Source of the DNA: Myxococcota bacterium
Lineage (GTDB): Bacteria; Myxococcota_A; Polyangia; JAAYKL01
Reading direction: 5' to 3'
Assembly: GCA_030065855.1 (NCBI GenBank)
Contig: JASJCT010000015.1
Location: forward strand, 16,724 to 80,723
DNA: 64,000 bases
Shown: positions 1-9,387 of the stretch, piece after piece
Layout of the letters: every line of letters starts with the position of its first letter
How positions within the stretch are numbered: the stretch's first letter is position 1
The notes under the pieces: generated by a model
The model's database searches: none
What the model saw: only the letters and a program-made list of their open reading frames with translations
Told to the model about the DNA's origin: nothing
Program-made: the position numbers and the translations under genes

Positions 1-8
1 GTGCCCGC

Positions 9-809
9 TTGGTCAGCCGAATGATCGGTAGAGTGGCTCGGATCCCACTGCCTCAAAAAATCCTAACCCCTATCATCGGCGCCTACGCCCTTGGCATGGG
101 GGTCGATGTCGAAGAAGCCGAGGCGCCTATTGGCGGATTTCGATGTTTTGGGGAGTTTTTCGGCCGGCAGCTCCGTCCTGGTGCACGGCCCATCTCAACG
201 GACGCGGATGCAATGATTAGCCCCTGCGACGGTGCGATCGTAGGCTTTGGGGAGACAGGCCCTGGCAAAAAAACCGCATTTCACATCAAGGACAGCACCT
301 ATACGCCGGATGAACTCCTGGGCGCTCAAAAAGCCGGGAATACCTACGAAGGCGGGGGTCACCTGGTCATTTATCTACATCCCCGGGATTATCACCGGGT
401 CCACGCGCCTGCAGCGGGCACCCTAACCCGGCTGCGCCACATACCCGGTGCCCGATACCCGGTCAATGACTGGTTCCAAAATCGGGTGACCGGCATTCTC
501 GGCAAGAACGAACGGATGGTCTTTCAGATCGATCTTCCAGCAGGTGGTGGGCTGTCTCTCATCATGGTGGCTGCCTTTGGCGTGGGCAATATCGAGACAC
601 AATACCCCCTTGGTTCGACATTCGGCCCTGCAGTACCCCGGGAGCGCGACTTTGATCCGGCAATTGCGATGCAGCGGGGAGATGAGCTGGGTGCATTCCT
701 TTTGGGATCTACAGTGGTCCTGCTGTGGTCCAAAGGTGCTGTTACCCTAGATCAAGAGATCACAAAAGGCCGCATTGCTATGGGGCGGCGGCTTGGTAGA
801 ATAAACTGA
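9..809 (+). CDS. psd: phosphatidylserine decarboxylase proenzyme (start may lie upstream of window)
   Basis: 266-aa ORF with PSD hallmarks: the LHPRDYHRVHAP block and the self-cleavage LGST motif (FLLGSTVVLL) near the C-terminus. The frame stays open back to base 3. Confidence 0.85.
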   Translation: MVSRMIGRVARIPLPQKILTPIIGAYALGMGVDVEEAEAPIGGFRCFGEFFGRQLRPGARPISTDADAMISPCDGAIVGFGETGPGKKTAFHIKDSTYTPDELLGAQKAGNTYEGGGHLVIYLHPRDYHRVHAPAAGTLTRLRHIPGARYPVNDWFQNRVTGILGKNERMVFQIDLPAGGGLSLIMVAAFGVGNIETQYPLGSTFGPAVPRERDFDPAIAMQRGDELGAFLLGSTVVLLWSKGAVTLDQEITKGRIAMGRRLGRIN

Positions 810-842
810 TGGCCCAAAGATGTTCGGGCGTTAGGAGCGAAT

Positions 843-2300
843 ATGGTCGACGATCGCGACGATGATGATATTTTGGAGTTGACCGCGGAAATGGCATCCG
901 TCCCCCCTCCACCAGCGGCTTCCGACACTGCGGAGGGTTCGGACGAGGGTGCAGATACCGCATCTGAAACTGGCAATGCAGATGCCATCACCCCCCCTCC
1001 CCGTCCGAGCAATCCATTTATTCAAGTAGCCGAACCTCGGCCATCGCGGCCACCGTCTGTAATCCCGGATCCCGATCCAGAAGAAATGCAACAGCAGCGA
1101 CCGTCTTATATTCCCAAAGAGTCTGCCGTACCGGTGGTGGCGATCCCGATACGCAAGCTCCATAAGGATGGGAAACCCCGAAAGAGGAAAAAATTAGGCA
1201 AAAAATCCAAGCCTCCTGCCCCTGCACCAAAAGCAGCATCCAAGGATAAAAAAGACCAGTCCTCGAAAACTACAGCAACGGTCGAAACTAAGACGAAGCC
1301 TAAAGAAAAGGAAACTAAGGATTCAGGCACGCCAGAAGCGGTATTCGATGCAGTTTCCGAGCCTACGCCAACAGCCCCTGCCATAGATGCAAAGCCCAGT
1401 CATAAATCCACTAACGGCGATGACGAAGAGGAACTGGACCTTACCGACGCAGAGGAGGTGAAGGTAAAGCCGAAAAAAACCAAAGCCGTAGGCGATCCCA
1501 AGCCACCCAAGAAAAAACGACGGACCAAGATGCGCCGCAAACGCAGGCGCCCCAAAGAGTGGTGGGAAGATATCTTTGACGACGATTATCTGTCCCTCCT
1601 GCCAAGGAGTACACCGCGGGATCTGAGGCGGGAAGTCGACGTCATCGAAAATGCCCTCAATATCCCCAAAGGAGGGCTAGTACTGGATCTGGCATGTGGT
1701 GACGGCCGTCATGCCGTGGGATTGGCCCGTCGCGGTTATCGCATCGTGGGCGTGGATCTGTCCCTGCCCATGCTCGCCAGAGCTGGCGACGCTGCTCAGG
1801 AAGCTGGCCAAACCATTAATTTTATTCATGGAGACATGCGGGATTTGGGGTTTGATAGGACCTTTGACGCCATTTATTGCGTAGGGACTAGCTTTGGGTA
1901 TTTTGACGAGCAGACCAACTACAAGGTCTTATCGGGCATTGCCAAATCCCTTAAGCCTGGAGCACCGTTTCTCCTAGAGGTGGTCAACCGAGACCATGCG
2001 ATCCAAGGCCAGCCCAACCTCACCTGGTTCGAGGGCAATGGCAGCGTATGCATGGAAGAGACCAACTTTAATTTCCTTAACAGCCGGCTCACCGTGGTAC
2101 GCCAACTGATACTGGGAGAAAACGCCCGGCAAATCAGACACGAGCTCTCCGTGCGACTTTACAGCCTGCACGAGGTTGGCTCTATGCTGTATTCAACCGG
2201 CCTGTCAGTGTCCCAGATATCTGGCCATCCAGCCACACCCGGTGCTTTTTTTGGCGAGGACTCGGCACAGATCATCATCGTTGCCAACCGTCGCGGATAA
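843..2300 (+). CDS. class I SAM-dependent methyltransferase with ~250-aa Pro/Lys/Asp-rich N-terminal extension
   Basis: The C-terminal ~230 aa carry methyltransferase motif I (VLDLACGDGRHAVGLARRG), IVGVDLS and FIHGDMRD. The N-terminal half is low complexity and ends in the polybasic KKKRRTKMRRKRRRPK. An AGGAG lies just upstream of the ATG. Confidence 0.8.
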   Translation: MVDDRDDDDILELTAEMASVPPPPAASDTAEGSDEGADTASETGNADAITPPPRPSNPFIQVAEPRPSRPPSVIPDPDPEEMQQQRPSYIPKESAVPVVAIPIRKLHKDGKPRKRKKLGKKSKPPAPAPKAASKDKKDQSSKTTATVETKTKPKEKETKDSGTPEAVFDAVSEPTPTAPAIDAKPSHKSTNGDDEEELDLTDAEEVKVKPKKTKAVGDPKPPKKKRRTKMRRKRRRPKEWWEDIFDDDYLSLLPRSTPRDLRREVDVIENALNIPKGGLVLDLACGDGRHAVGLARRGYRIVGVDLSLPMLARAGDAAQEAGQTINFIHGDMRDLGFDRTFDAIYCVGTSFGYFDEQTNYKVLSGIAKSLKPGAPFLLEVVNRDHAIQGQPNLTWFEGNGSVCMEETNFNFLNSRLTVVRQLILGENARQIRHELSVRLYSLHEVGSMLYSTGLSVSQISGHPATPGAFFGEDSAQIIIVANRRG

Positions 2301-2310
2301 AAGAGGCGTT

Positions 2311-2946
2311 ATGGGAAAGCTGATATCTGCAATACTTCTCCTATCTGTGATGAGCTGTTCCACGGATCGCGCATTACAGCGCAATGAGTCCGAGGCCAGC
2401 CTCGTATTCAAGGATAATTTTGATCGGAAAGAATTGGGTAGCAACTGGCTAGATACGGGCGGCGGGTACAAAATCGCAAACGGTGAACTCCGGGTGCAAG
2501 GCGCGCGCAACAAGCCGTTGTGGCTCAAAAAAAAGCTCCCCAGGGAGGCAAAAATCACCTTTACCGCCAGATCCATGAGCCCGACCGTGGATATCAAGGC
2601 TGAGTTGTGGGGAGACGGACGGTCAAGAGCCACGGAATTATCATACACTGCCACGAGCTACGTGATTATTCTCGGCGGATGGAACAATACCAGATCTATC
2701 ATCGCCCGGATGAACGAACACGGCGCCGATCGCAAGGTGAGAAAAACCCCCAAGGCGCAAATGGGCAAGCCGTACCGATTTATGGTGAAACGATCCAAAC
2801 ATCGTCTCGTGTGGCATCTCGACGGTGCTCAGTTTCTCGAGATGAACGATCCCGAGCCTCTTGAGGGGCCTGGACACGAATTTTTTGCGTTTAACAACTG
2901 GAAGAGCGAGGTATTTTTCGACGACATTGCGATCTATGCGCTATGA
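2311..2946 (+). CDS. lipoprotein, probable concanavalin-A-like/DUF1080-like jelly-roll domain
   Basis: Start reassigned to the internal ATG giving MGKLISAILLLSVMSCS (signal peptide plus lipobox Cys). The upstream part of the tracked ORF overlaps the previous gene. The C-terminal FFDDIAIYAL ending is typical of DUF1080/LamG-like proteins. The fold call is tentative. Confidence 0.55.
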   Translation: MGKLISAILLLSVMSCSTDRALQRNESEASLVFKDNFDRKELGSNWLDTGGGYKIANGELRVQGARNKPLWLKKKLPREAKITFTARSMSPTVDIKAELWGDGRSRATELSYTATSYVIILGGWNNTRSIIARMNEHGADRKVRKTPKAQMGKPYRFMVKRSKHRLVWHLDGAQFLEMNDPEPLEGPGHEFFAFNNWKSEVFFDDIAIYAL

Positions 2947-2958
2947 TATCAGTGTGCC

Positions 2959-3837
2959 ATGACACCTAAAGAAATCGACGAGGCGATTTCCGATATCGAG
3001 ACCGGCATCGAGCGGTTGCAGGCGCTCTACAACCAGTATTTTATGGGTATCGAACGGATTGAGCCCACCATCCATCGCAAGAACGTGGACCGCAAGATCC
3101 AGGCCTTACGGCGAGAGCGAATTGGGAATACGGCCCAGCGATTTCGATTCCAGACCCAACTACAGAAGTACAATACCCATTCGACCCATTGGAGTCGGAT
3201 CTGTCGACAAATAGAGGAAGGCACCTACAGTCGACACGTATCCCTTGCAAAGCGAAGACAAGCGAAGCGGATAAAGAAAGAAGAAAACCCGCCGTTCGAC
3301 CCCGCCACCTTGGATGTCGATCCGGGTTTCCAGCTGGGTGACACTGGGGATGGGTCCCCACCGGTTTACGAGATAGACCCGGCCGCGATAGATGGGTTCT
3401 CATTGGACGAACCATTTGACCGAAGTGAGTCTTTAAGGACCGGTAACCCGGTCATCGATCCCATGGATGCACTGGACATCGACGATCCTTTTAGTGACGC
3501 CCCACCATTGCCAACACCGGCTGTGCCTGAAAAACCAGCACCCAAAAAGCGGATGGCAAATCGCCCTCCCCCATCTCCTCGCGCATCAGAACCCCGCAGC
3601 GGCCCGTCTCAGACAGAACGTGGATTTGATAAACAGCGCGCCGAATCAGTGTATCGCACCTTTGTGGCCGCGCGAAAGAAGTGCAACCAGCCCACTCAGG
3701 GCCTTTCTCTTGAAAAGGTCGTCCGGTCCTTGAAAAAACAATACGACAAAAAAGGGGGCGCCGTTGATTTCAAGGTGGTCATCCGAGACGGCAAGGCGGG
3801 CATCAAAGCAGTGCGTAAGTCAGACAAGTCGGATTGA
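2959..3837 (+). CDS. conserved hypothetical protein (helical N-terminal domain, Pro-rich linker, basic C-terminal domain)
   Basis: 292-aa ORF with good coding character. It resembles proteins I recall being annotated as a Myxococcus-type hypothetical family, but I cannot name a function. Confidence 0.5.
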   Translation: MTPKEIDEAISDIETGIERLQALYNQYFMGIERIEPTIHRKNVDRKIQALRRERIGNTAQRFRFQTQLQKYNTHSTHWSRICRQIEEGTYSRHVSLAKRRQAKRIKKEENPPFDPATLDVDPGFQLGDTGDGSPPVYEIDPAAIDGFSLDEPFDRSESLRTGNPVIDPMDALDIDDPFSDAPPLPTPAVPEKPAPKKRMANRPPPSPRASEPRSGPSQTERGFDKQRAESVYRTFVAARKKCNQPTQGLSLEKVVRSLKKQYDKKGGAVDFKVVIRDGKAGIKAVRKSDKSD

Positions 3838-3855
3838 TCGCACGCAGGTCGGCCA

Positions 3856-5835
3856 CTAATTATAACCAAGGCGGGGCGAACAGGTTGCCTGTAGATTGGT
3901 GGGAGCGGCGAGGGCATTGTCTAGCACTGCCAGGTGGGCAATGGTTCCCACTGACCCTTTGAGGTAATAGGTTAGATACGTCAAGTTGATCCTGGATAGT
4001 GTGTCCTTTGACGTGTGGTAGTTTGGATTTTTGTCATCATCCCCATCTTCGTTAGCTTGGATCGCTGGAAATCCTCTGTTCCAAAACGACGCCTGGTCGC
4101 TATTGGACTTGCCATCTTCGTCGATGATCGGGGTTAGGTAATCTTCAAACTCGTAGGTTTCAACCACTTCCACAAACGTTTCGGCAATGACCAGGTCCTC
4201 GGGATTCCCAGAGCTACTCGGTGTACGGGTATGCAATCGCAATACAGGATCACCATCTCCCTCGTATGCGATCATATCGATATTAAAGACGCCGATGATC
4301 ATGTCATCGTCATTTGATGCCTGCTTTGCATAGGCCTTGCTGCCGATCAACCCCTGTTCTTCGCCCGTAAAGAAGACGTAGCGAATCGTGCGCTCGAACG
4401 CCTGTTGACTCAACATTTCAGCTGCCAGCATCACCCCCACGCTGCCGCTGGCGTTGTCGTCCGCACCAGGTGCCCGACCGCTCGACGGTACATCGTCCAA
4501 GTGGGCAGAAATGATGACGATCTCCTCCGGAAGGGTCGTGCCGGGTTGCTCGCCGATAATGTTACGTCCTGACGAGGATCCGCTGGACCAGTCCTGGTAG
4601 CTCACCTCCAAACCATGGGCTGCCATGAACTCGTAGACATACTCGACAGCTTTCTCGATGGGCTCGCCTGATTTGGTATACCGCGTTGTTATTGTGTACT
4701 CCGAGCCACCGACAGTCACCGGCCATTCACCGCTCAAATCGCCGACATATGTCTCTACTTTGTTCTCGGTTACCTGCTCCATCATCCCGTCGATGATGGG
4801 ATCGTACTCAATCGAAGAAAATTGATAGGCAAATGCATGGGATCGGCTCAATATCATTGGCTCGTCATCCAATCGACGCATATCAAAGCCCATATTAGCG
4901 AATTCAATTGCCCGCTCCTCTCCAGCGCGAACCACCAGGTGTTGCCCATCGTCGAACACCACATCGACCTGATCAGCGACCTGTTGCCGGAGGCCCGGAC
5001 GCCCTGCTTCTGCGATTGCATAGGCAGAACCGACCGCATTCACATCCAGGATGGCATATGGCCACCCAGAACGGGCCAATTGCACGGGCGAAGCGATCAC
5101 CAATGCATAGTCGTTTTCTTGGGGATCTTGTAAGTGAGCGAACACCGGCAATGCCAGATCATCCAGCATTCCAGTCACTGGCACGCGAGCCAATACGAGG
5201 TCATTTCTCGTCTCCACTACAGAAACCGGTTCGGCGAAGAACATCTCGGGATACCCGTGTGGCTTTGACTGAACAGTGTCACCCCCAATATCCCCATTGG
5301 CTGCCTCGAAATCCAACCCCCAGGGCGCAGACATGGTAGCTGAATCCTCGTTGGACCAGCCAGAGCTCTCACTCTCCTTGAGTGCTCTTACCCGATAGGT
5401 GTACGTCGTCTGTGGCTCAACAGCTGTATCGTCGTATCCTGTTATATCTCCATCAACAGTTGCGATAGTGGAAAAGTCGTCTACACCGACTTTGCGCTGT
5501 ATCTCAAATGCATCTTCCCCATCTGAGTTATCCTCCCATGTAAGGACAATTTTTTCAGTGAATACTGTTTCTGAATCGCTGTCACTATCAGTGCTACTAT
5601 CGCTGTCTTCTTCAGTGTCTGTATCGCTGTCGCTGTCCCCATCGCTATCACTATCCCCATCGCTATCACTATCCCCATCGCTATCGCTGTCCCCATCACT
5701 ATCACTATCGCTGTCTCCATCTGAATCACCGCCTGCGTTGTCATCAGCGTCTTCTTCTGATGCACAACAGGGAAGCATCCAAGCAAACAGGTAAACGAGA
5801 ACCACGAGAGCACCGGTTTTTATATAAGCGGTCAT
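3856..5835 (-). CDS. secreted/lipoprotein M28-family aminopeptidase with fibronectin-III-like domain and acidic DSD repeat
   Basis: Start set at MTAYIKTGALVVLVYLFAWMLPCCAS, with GGAGG (reverse strand) immediately upstream. It has a (GDSDSD)n tract and an FN3-like segment (IVLTWEDNSDGEDAFEIQRK...TYTYRVRA). The M28 core shows ISAHLDD, APGADDNASG, FFTGEEQGLIGS and a late HTSKD. Confidence 0.8.
   Translation of the reverse strand: MTAYIKTGALVVLVYLFAWMLPCCASEEDADDNAGGDSDGDSDSDSDGDSDSDGDSDSDGDSDSDGDSDSDTDTEEDSDSSTDSDSDSETVFTEKIVLTWEDNSDGEDAFEIQRKVGVDDFSTIATVDGDITGYDDTAVEPQTTYTYRVRALKESESSGWSNEDSATMSAPWGLDFEAANGDIGGDTVQSKPHGYPEMFFAEPVSVVETRNDLVLARVPVTGMLDDLALPVFAHLQDPQENDYALVIASPVQLARSGWPYAILDVNAVGSAYAIAEAGRPGLRQQVADQVDVVFDDGQHLVVRAGEERAIEFANMGFDMRRLDDEPMILSRSHAFAYQFSSIEYDPIIDGMMEQVTENKVETYVGDLSGEWPVTVGGSEYTITTRYTKSGEPIEKAVEYVYEFMAAHGLEVSYQDWSSGSSSGRNIIGEQPGTTLPEEIVIISAHLDDVPSSGRAPGADDNASGSVGVMLAAEMLSQQAFERTIRYVFFTGEEQGLIGSKAYAKQASNDDDMIIGVFNIDMIAYEGDGDPVLRLHTRTPSSSGNPEDLVIAETFVEVVETYEFEDYLTPIIDEDGKSNSDQASFWNRGFPAIQANEDGDDDKNPNYHTSKDTLSRINLTYLTYYLKGSVGTIAHLAVLDNALAAPTNLQATCSPRLGYN
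5571..5735 (-). repeat. in-frame short tandem repeat DNA encoding the (G/S)DSDSD acidic tract
   Basis: Reiterated gctatcactatccccatc-type 18-nt units are visible on the plus strand. They translate to DSDGDSDSD repeats in the minus-strand peptidase gene. Confidence 0.8.
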
Positions 5836-5881
5836 TGCAACCACCTCCTTTTTTCTGACTGCCGTATTTATAAAAAAATAC

Positions 5882-5902
5882 AAAAATACCAATTGTATTT
5901 TT
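5882..5902. promoter_or_regulatory. AT-rich inverted repeat AAAAATAC-CAATT-GTATTTTT in divergent promoter region
   Basis: Read directly: 8-nt arms are perfectly complementary. It lies ~50-65 nt upstream of the minus-strand M28 gene start. Confidence 0.35.
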
Positions 5903-5974
5903 TTACTCTTAAGTATGGATGCCTTCTGCCACACCCTATTTACCCATTGACCACTATAAAGGATTGTGCTCAAA

Positions 5975-5991
5975 GATACTATTATAGTATC
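5975..5991. promoter_or_regulatory. perfect 17-bp palindrome GATACTAT-T-ATAGTATC (candidate operator)
   Basis: Read directly. It sits in the 253-bp AT-rich intergenic region between the two divergently transcribed M28 peptidase genes. Confidence 0.35.
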
Positions 5992-6088
5992 CTAAAATTA
6001 CATATTTTTCTCAATCAGAAAGACACAAAAAAGTGTAAAAATATTGCCACTTCTCAGTAATCAAAACCCAATTCACGGGAGGAAAACA

Positions 6089-7339
6089 ATGTGTTCTATT
6101 TTTAACAAAAAGCGAAAATATACGATTTTCTGTCTTACCTGTCTAATTGGGATTTCAGGAGCTATCGCATGTGGAAAAGAAAGCGCCGATTTTCCATCTG
6201 GCGACTCAGATGCGGACAGCGACACGGACACCGACACGGATAGCGACTCGGATGCTGACGCTGATACGGACGTAGACACCGACGCAGATAGCGACTCGGA
6301 TGCTGATGCTGATACGGACGCGGACACCGACGCGGATAGCGACTCCGACACGGATACAGATACAGACAGCGATACAGATACCAGCACTGATACCAGTACT
6401 AACTCTGACACGACCACAGAAACTGAAACCAGCAGCGATACAGAGGTTGACATCAATTGTCTAGATTTGGAGCGATTTAAACGTACAATTAAAACCCTAT
6501 CGGATTTCGGGGATCGCTGGAATGGCTCGGCGAGCTACGATGCAGCTGACGCGTGGCTATCGAATGAGTTGGAGGACATCGGCTACGAAGTGGAACGGGT
6601 CTCTTACACCTACCAAGGCTCATCTCGCACCACGATGTTTGTGACCAAAGTCGGCGCTACAGAGCCCGATAAAATGTATCTCATCTCTGCCCACCTGGAT
6701 GGCAGGGGAGGTGGCGGGGCTGCCGATGATGACGCCTCTGGTGTCGCTGTGGTGCTAGAACTGGCACATTGCTTTGCCGATCCGAACGTACACATTGGCA
6801 AATCCCTGCGCTTTGCATTTTGGAACAACGAGGAAACCGGATTTCAAGGGGCGAAAGCTTATAGAAATCAACGCGCGTCAATGCAGGGCATTGAGGACCC
6901 ACCGGGATCAGGCCTTTATCCCGAACCCACCTGGCTGGGCATTATCCAGTTTGACATGGTCTTATACGACCACGGTATTCCACCCCAGACAGAACAGAAT
7001 CCAGAGGCAGACATCGACGTGCAATACCAAGAAAGCGCCTCAGCAGCAGATGAGGGCGAGGCACTGGCCGAGCTGATGAAAGATGCCGCATCCATGTATG
7101 CAAGTGAATACCCAGTGCAGGTCGGAGACAACATGTACAACACCGACAGTGTGGTATTTGAAGATAGGATTGCAGCGGTGAGCGTGCGCGAGAATCGGCG
7201 GGACACTGAAATTGTAGATGCCAATCCGTACTACCATAACTCAGGCGATGTTTACGAAAACTACATCGAGGATGATTTTCGTATGGGCATCAATGCAGCA
7301 AAAGTAACGCTAGGAACTATCATAGAGCTAAACAAGTAA
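6089..7339 (+). CDS. lipoprotein M28-family peptidase with acidic D-S/D-T/D-A repeat
   Basis: Start set at MCSIFNKKRKYTIFCLTCLIGISGAIACGKES (lipobox), with GGGAGG 7 nt upstream. An ~80-aa DSD/DTD/DAD tract is followed by the M28 core (ISAHLDGRGGGGAADDDASG, FWNNEETGFQGAKAY). Confidence 0.8.
   Translation: MCSIFNKKRKYTIFCLTCLIGISGAIACGKESADFPSGDSDADSDTDTDTDSDSDADADTDVDTDADSDSDADADTDADTDADSDSDTDTDTDSDTDTSTDTSTNSDTTTETETSSDTEVDINCLDLERFKRTIKTLSDFGDRWNGSASYDAADAWLSNELEDIGYEVERVSYTYQGSSRTTMFVTKVGATEPDKMYLISAHLDGRGGGGAADDDASGVAVVLELAHCFADPNVHIGKSLRFAFWNNEETGFQGAKAYRNQRASMQGIEDPPGSGLYPEPTWLGIIQFDMVLYDHGIPPQTEQNPEADIDVQYQESASAADEGEALAELMKDAASMYASEYPVQVGDNMYNTDSVVFEDRIAAVSVRENRRDTEIVDANPYYHNSGDVYENYIEDDFRMGINAAKVTLGTIIELNK
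6197..6445 (+). repeat. in-frame short tandem repeat DNA encoding D-S/D-T/D-A acidic tract
   Basis: Reiterated gacagcgac/gacacggac/gatgctgac units are visible directly in the sequence. Confidence 0.8.
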
Positions 7340-7368
7340 GCTCAATAAACAAACTCCCGTGCGTCTGT

Positions 7369-8529
7369 CTATCCCACAATCACCCGGGGGGCGTGTGGGG
7401 CAGCGCGCGTGACGATTTCGTAATTAATCGTGCCGGCAAGTCGGGCCAGGTCTTCTGCTGTGACAGCTTCTTCCCCCTGCTGACCCAACAGAACGACGGG
7501 ATCGTTGACCGCTGCTTCGGGAATATCCGTGATATCTACCATCGTTAGGTTCATGCAAATACGGCCGCGAACCGGCGCCCGCTTGCCATTGATGAGCACA
7601 TGGGACAGGTTGGAGAGGCGCCGATCATAGCCGTCTGCATATCCCACGGGCAATACTGCCAAGCAGCTGGGTCGGGTCACGCGAAATGTCCGGCCATAGC
7701 CGACAAATTCACCGGCATCCACGGCCTTGATCTGGGCGATGCGGGTTTTCCACGTCATCACTGGCTTGAGCGCAATAGCATTGCGACCGAGGCTTTTGGC
7801 TGAGACATATGTTTCCTTTGAGGGCCACAAACCGTAAAGGGCAATGCCGACCCTAACGAGGTTGAAGTGGGTGGACGGAAAAAGGAGGGTCGCGGCTGAG
7901 CAGGCCGTGTGGGGAACGGAAACAGTCCATCCATCCTCGGCAAAGCGCGCCAGTATGTCGCGGAAGCGGGCCAGCTGTGCCAAGGCGAAACTGTGATCGG
8001 TCGTGTCTTCGATGTCGGCAAAGTGGGTATAGATGCCTTCTACGCGGACGCCGGACTCGGCAAGCAAGCGGGTAGCCGGAGTGATTTCTTCTGGCGTCAG
8101 TCCCTGGCGATTTGTCCCGGTTTCTACTTTGAGATGGATCGCCGCAGCCCCGGTCAGGGCAGCGGCACTGGCAACGGCCTTTGCAGCTTGCATGGAGGCC
8201 ACTGTCACCCGCAAATCAGCCCGAAGCACATCCCTGAGTTGAACCGCAGGTGTTGGCCCAAAGACGAGTATCGGTGTATCCATGCCCGCTTGCCGCAGCG
8301 CTAGCCCTTCGCCTGGGGAAAAGACGCCCAACCAGTCCGCACCTGCACGAAGCGCAATGGCAGCAACCTCAGCCATGCCGTGGCCATAGGCGTTTGCTTT
8401 CACCACTGCCATGAATCGGCTTGGGGGATCGAGCATTGCCTTTAACTGCTGTACATTCGAGATCAAGGCGGCCCTATCGATCTCGATCCAGCAGTTGGCG
8501 CAGTCGATGCCGGTGTCTGTCCCGCTCAT
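7369..8529 (-). CDS. alr: alanine racemase
   Basis: PLP-lysine motif AVVKANAYGHG, typical length and C-terminal half (VGYADGY, GRICMN). Start placed at MSGTDTGIDC; the tracked ORF begins 9 codons earlier. Confidence 0.9.
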   Translation of the reverse strand: MSGTDTGIDCANCWIEIDRAALISNVQQLKAMLDPPSRFMAVVKANAYGHGMAEVAAIALRAGADWLGVFSPGEGLALRQAGMDTPILVFGPTPAVQLRDVLRADLRVTVASMQAAKAVASAAALTGAAAIHLKVETGTNRQGLTPEEITPATRLLAESGVRVEGIYTHFADIEDTTDHSFALAQLARFRDILARFAEDGWTVSVPHTACSAATLLFPSTHFNLVRVGIALYGLWPSKETYVSAKSLGRNAIALKPVMTWKTRIAQIKAVDAGEFVGYGRTFRVTRPSCLAVLPVGYADGYDRRLSNLSHVLINGKRAPVRGRICMNLTMVDITDIPEAAVNDPVVLLGQQGEEAVTAEDLARLAGTINYEIVTRAAPHAPRVIVG

Positions 8530-8657
8530 GGGCCAAGAGACTACCAGCAGGACCAAAGATGCTCAATCCGTCTTACACGCGAAAAAAAATTCCCCCAATA
8601 TCCCTCATTTTCGTCTTGTCTTTCTTTGCATCGCGTTGGAACATACTATTTGAAAGG

Positions 8658-9371
8658 ATGTGCCAAATGAAACCAACCCGCTTTTTTTTGCTGCTGACCT
8701 TAATGTTTTGCAGTGCCACCCCATTGGTCAGCATCCAGACATTGGCAGAGGAAACGGCCGGGCCTCAGACATCAGAACAAGATACAGCACCAAAAGATGA
8801 TACAGCTTCCCCTAAGCATCAAGATGAGACTAACCCTCAAATATCAGCAGAAAGTGCAGCATCACCTGAGTCTCAGGAAGGCACTGCCCCATCTGAAATT
8901 GACACCGACCCTCCTGCGCAGGAGCAGGACAAAGCGGCCACAGCCGCATCAGAAAGCACACCCCCATCCACCACCCCCGAGGCAACCACGTCGCCAAAGC
9001 CGAGCGAAAAGCCGGCCGACGTGCCAGTAGCCACGGCAACCGTACAGCCGATTCAGACCCTCAAGCGTCAGACCATTCTGCCACCCGGGTATCTGAAAAA
9101 TAAGCGCCAGCAGACGTGGGGACATGTTTTACTGGGCTCTGGCGCTGGGATCATCATCGCCGGTGCCATCCTCACCGAAGTGGACGCATGGGGAGCCGTG
9201 GGCAAGACTGGCTTTGCTGCAGTGGGCGGGGGTATCGGCGTCCTCGTGACAGGCATGTTTCTCCTGGGTTTTTCCCAACCTGTCCACGCGCTAAAGCCAA
9301 AGCGACAGCGCCTCTCAGCCGCACCCAATGGCACCGGCGGCGGAGCAATCACCTACGAAATCATCTTTTAA
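8658..9371 (+). CDS. secreted low-complexity protein with C-terminal Gly-rich membrane segments
   Basis: Start moved to M(CQ)MKPTRFFLLLTLMFCSATPLVS (signal peptide), because the upstream part of the tracked ORF is antisense to alr. It has a Pro/Thr/Glu/Ser-rich middle and two hydrophobic Gly-rich segments near the C-terminus. Confidence 0.5.
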   Translation: MCQMKPTRFFLLLTLMFCSATPLVSIQTLAEETAGPQTSEQDTAPKDDTASPKHQDETNPQISAESAASPESQEGTAPSEIDTDPPAQEQDKAATAASESTPPSTTPEATTSPKPSEKPADVPVATATVQPIQTLKRQTILPPGYLKNKRQQTWGHVLLGSGAGIIIAGAILTEVDAWGAVGKTGFAAVGGGIGVLVTGMFLLGFSQPVHALKPKRQRLSAAPNGTGGGAITYEIIF

Positions 9372-9387
9372 CAGCTGCTTTTAACAG

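Noticed and set aside
5399-5794. Plus-strand 131-aa ORF with SLSLSPSLSLS repeats, and its counterpart at 6073-6456 on the minus strand.
   Set aside because: These are the antisense readings of the acidic DSD repeat tracts in the two M28 peptidase genes, so they are an artefact of repeat symmetry.
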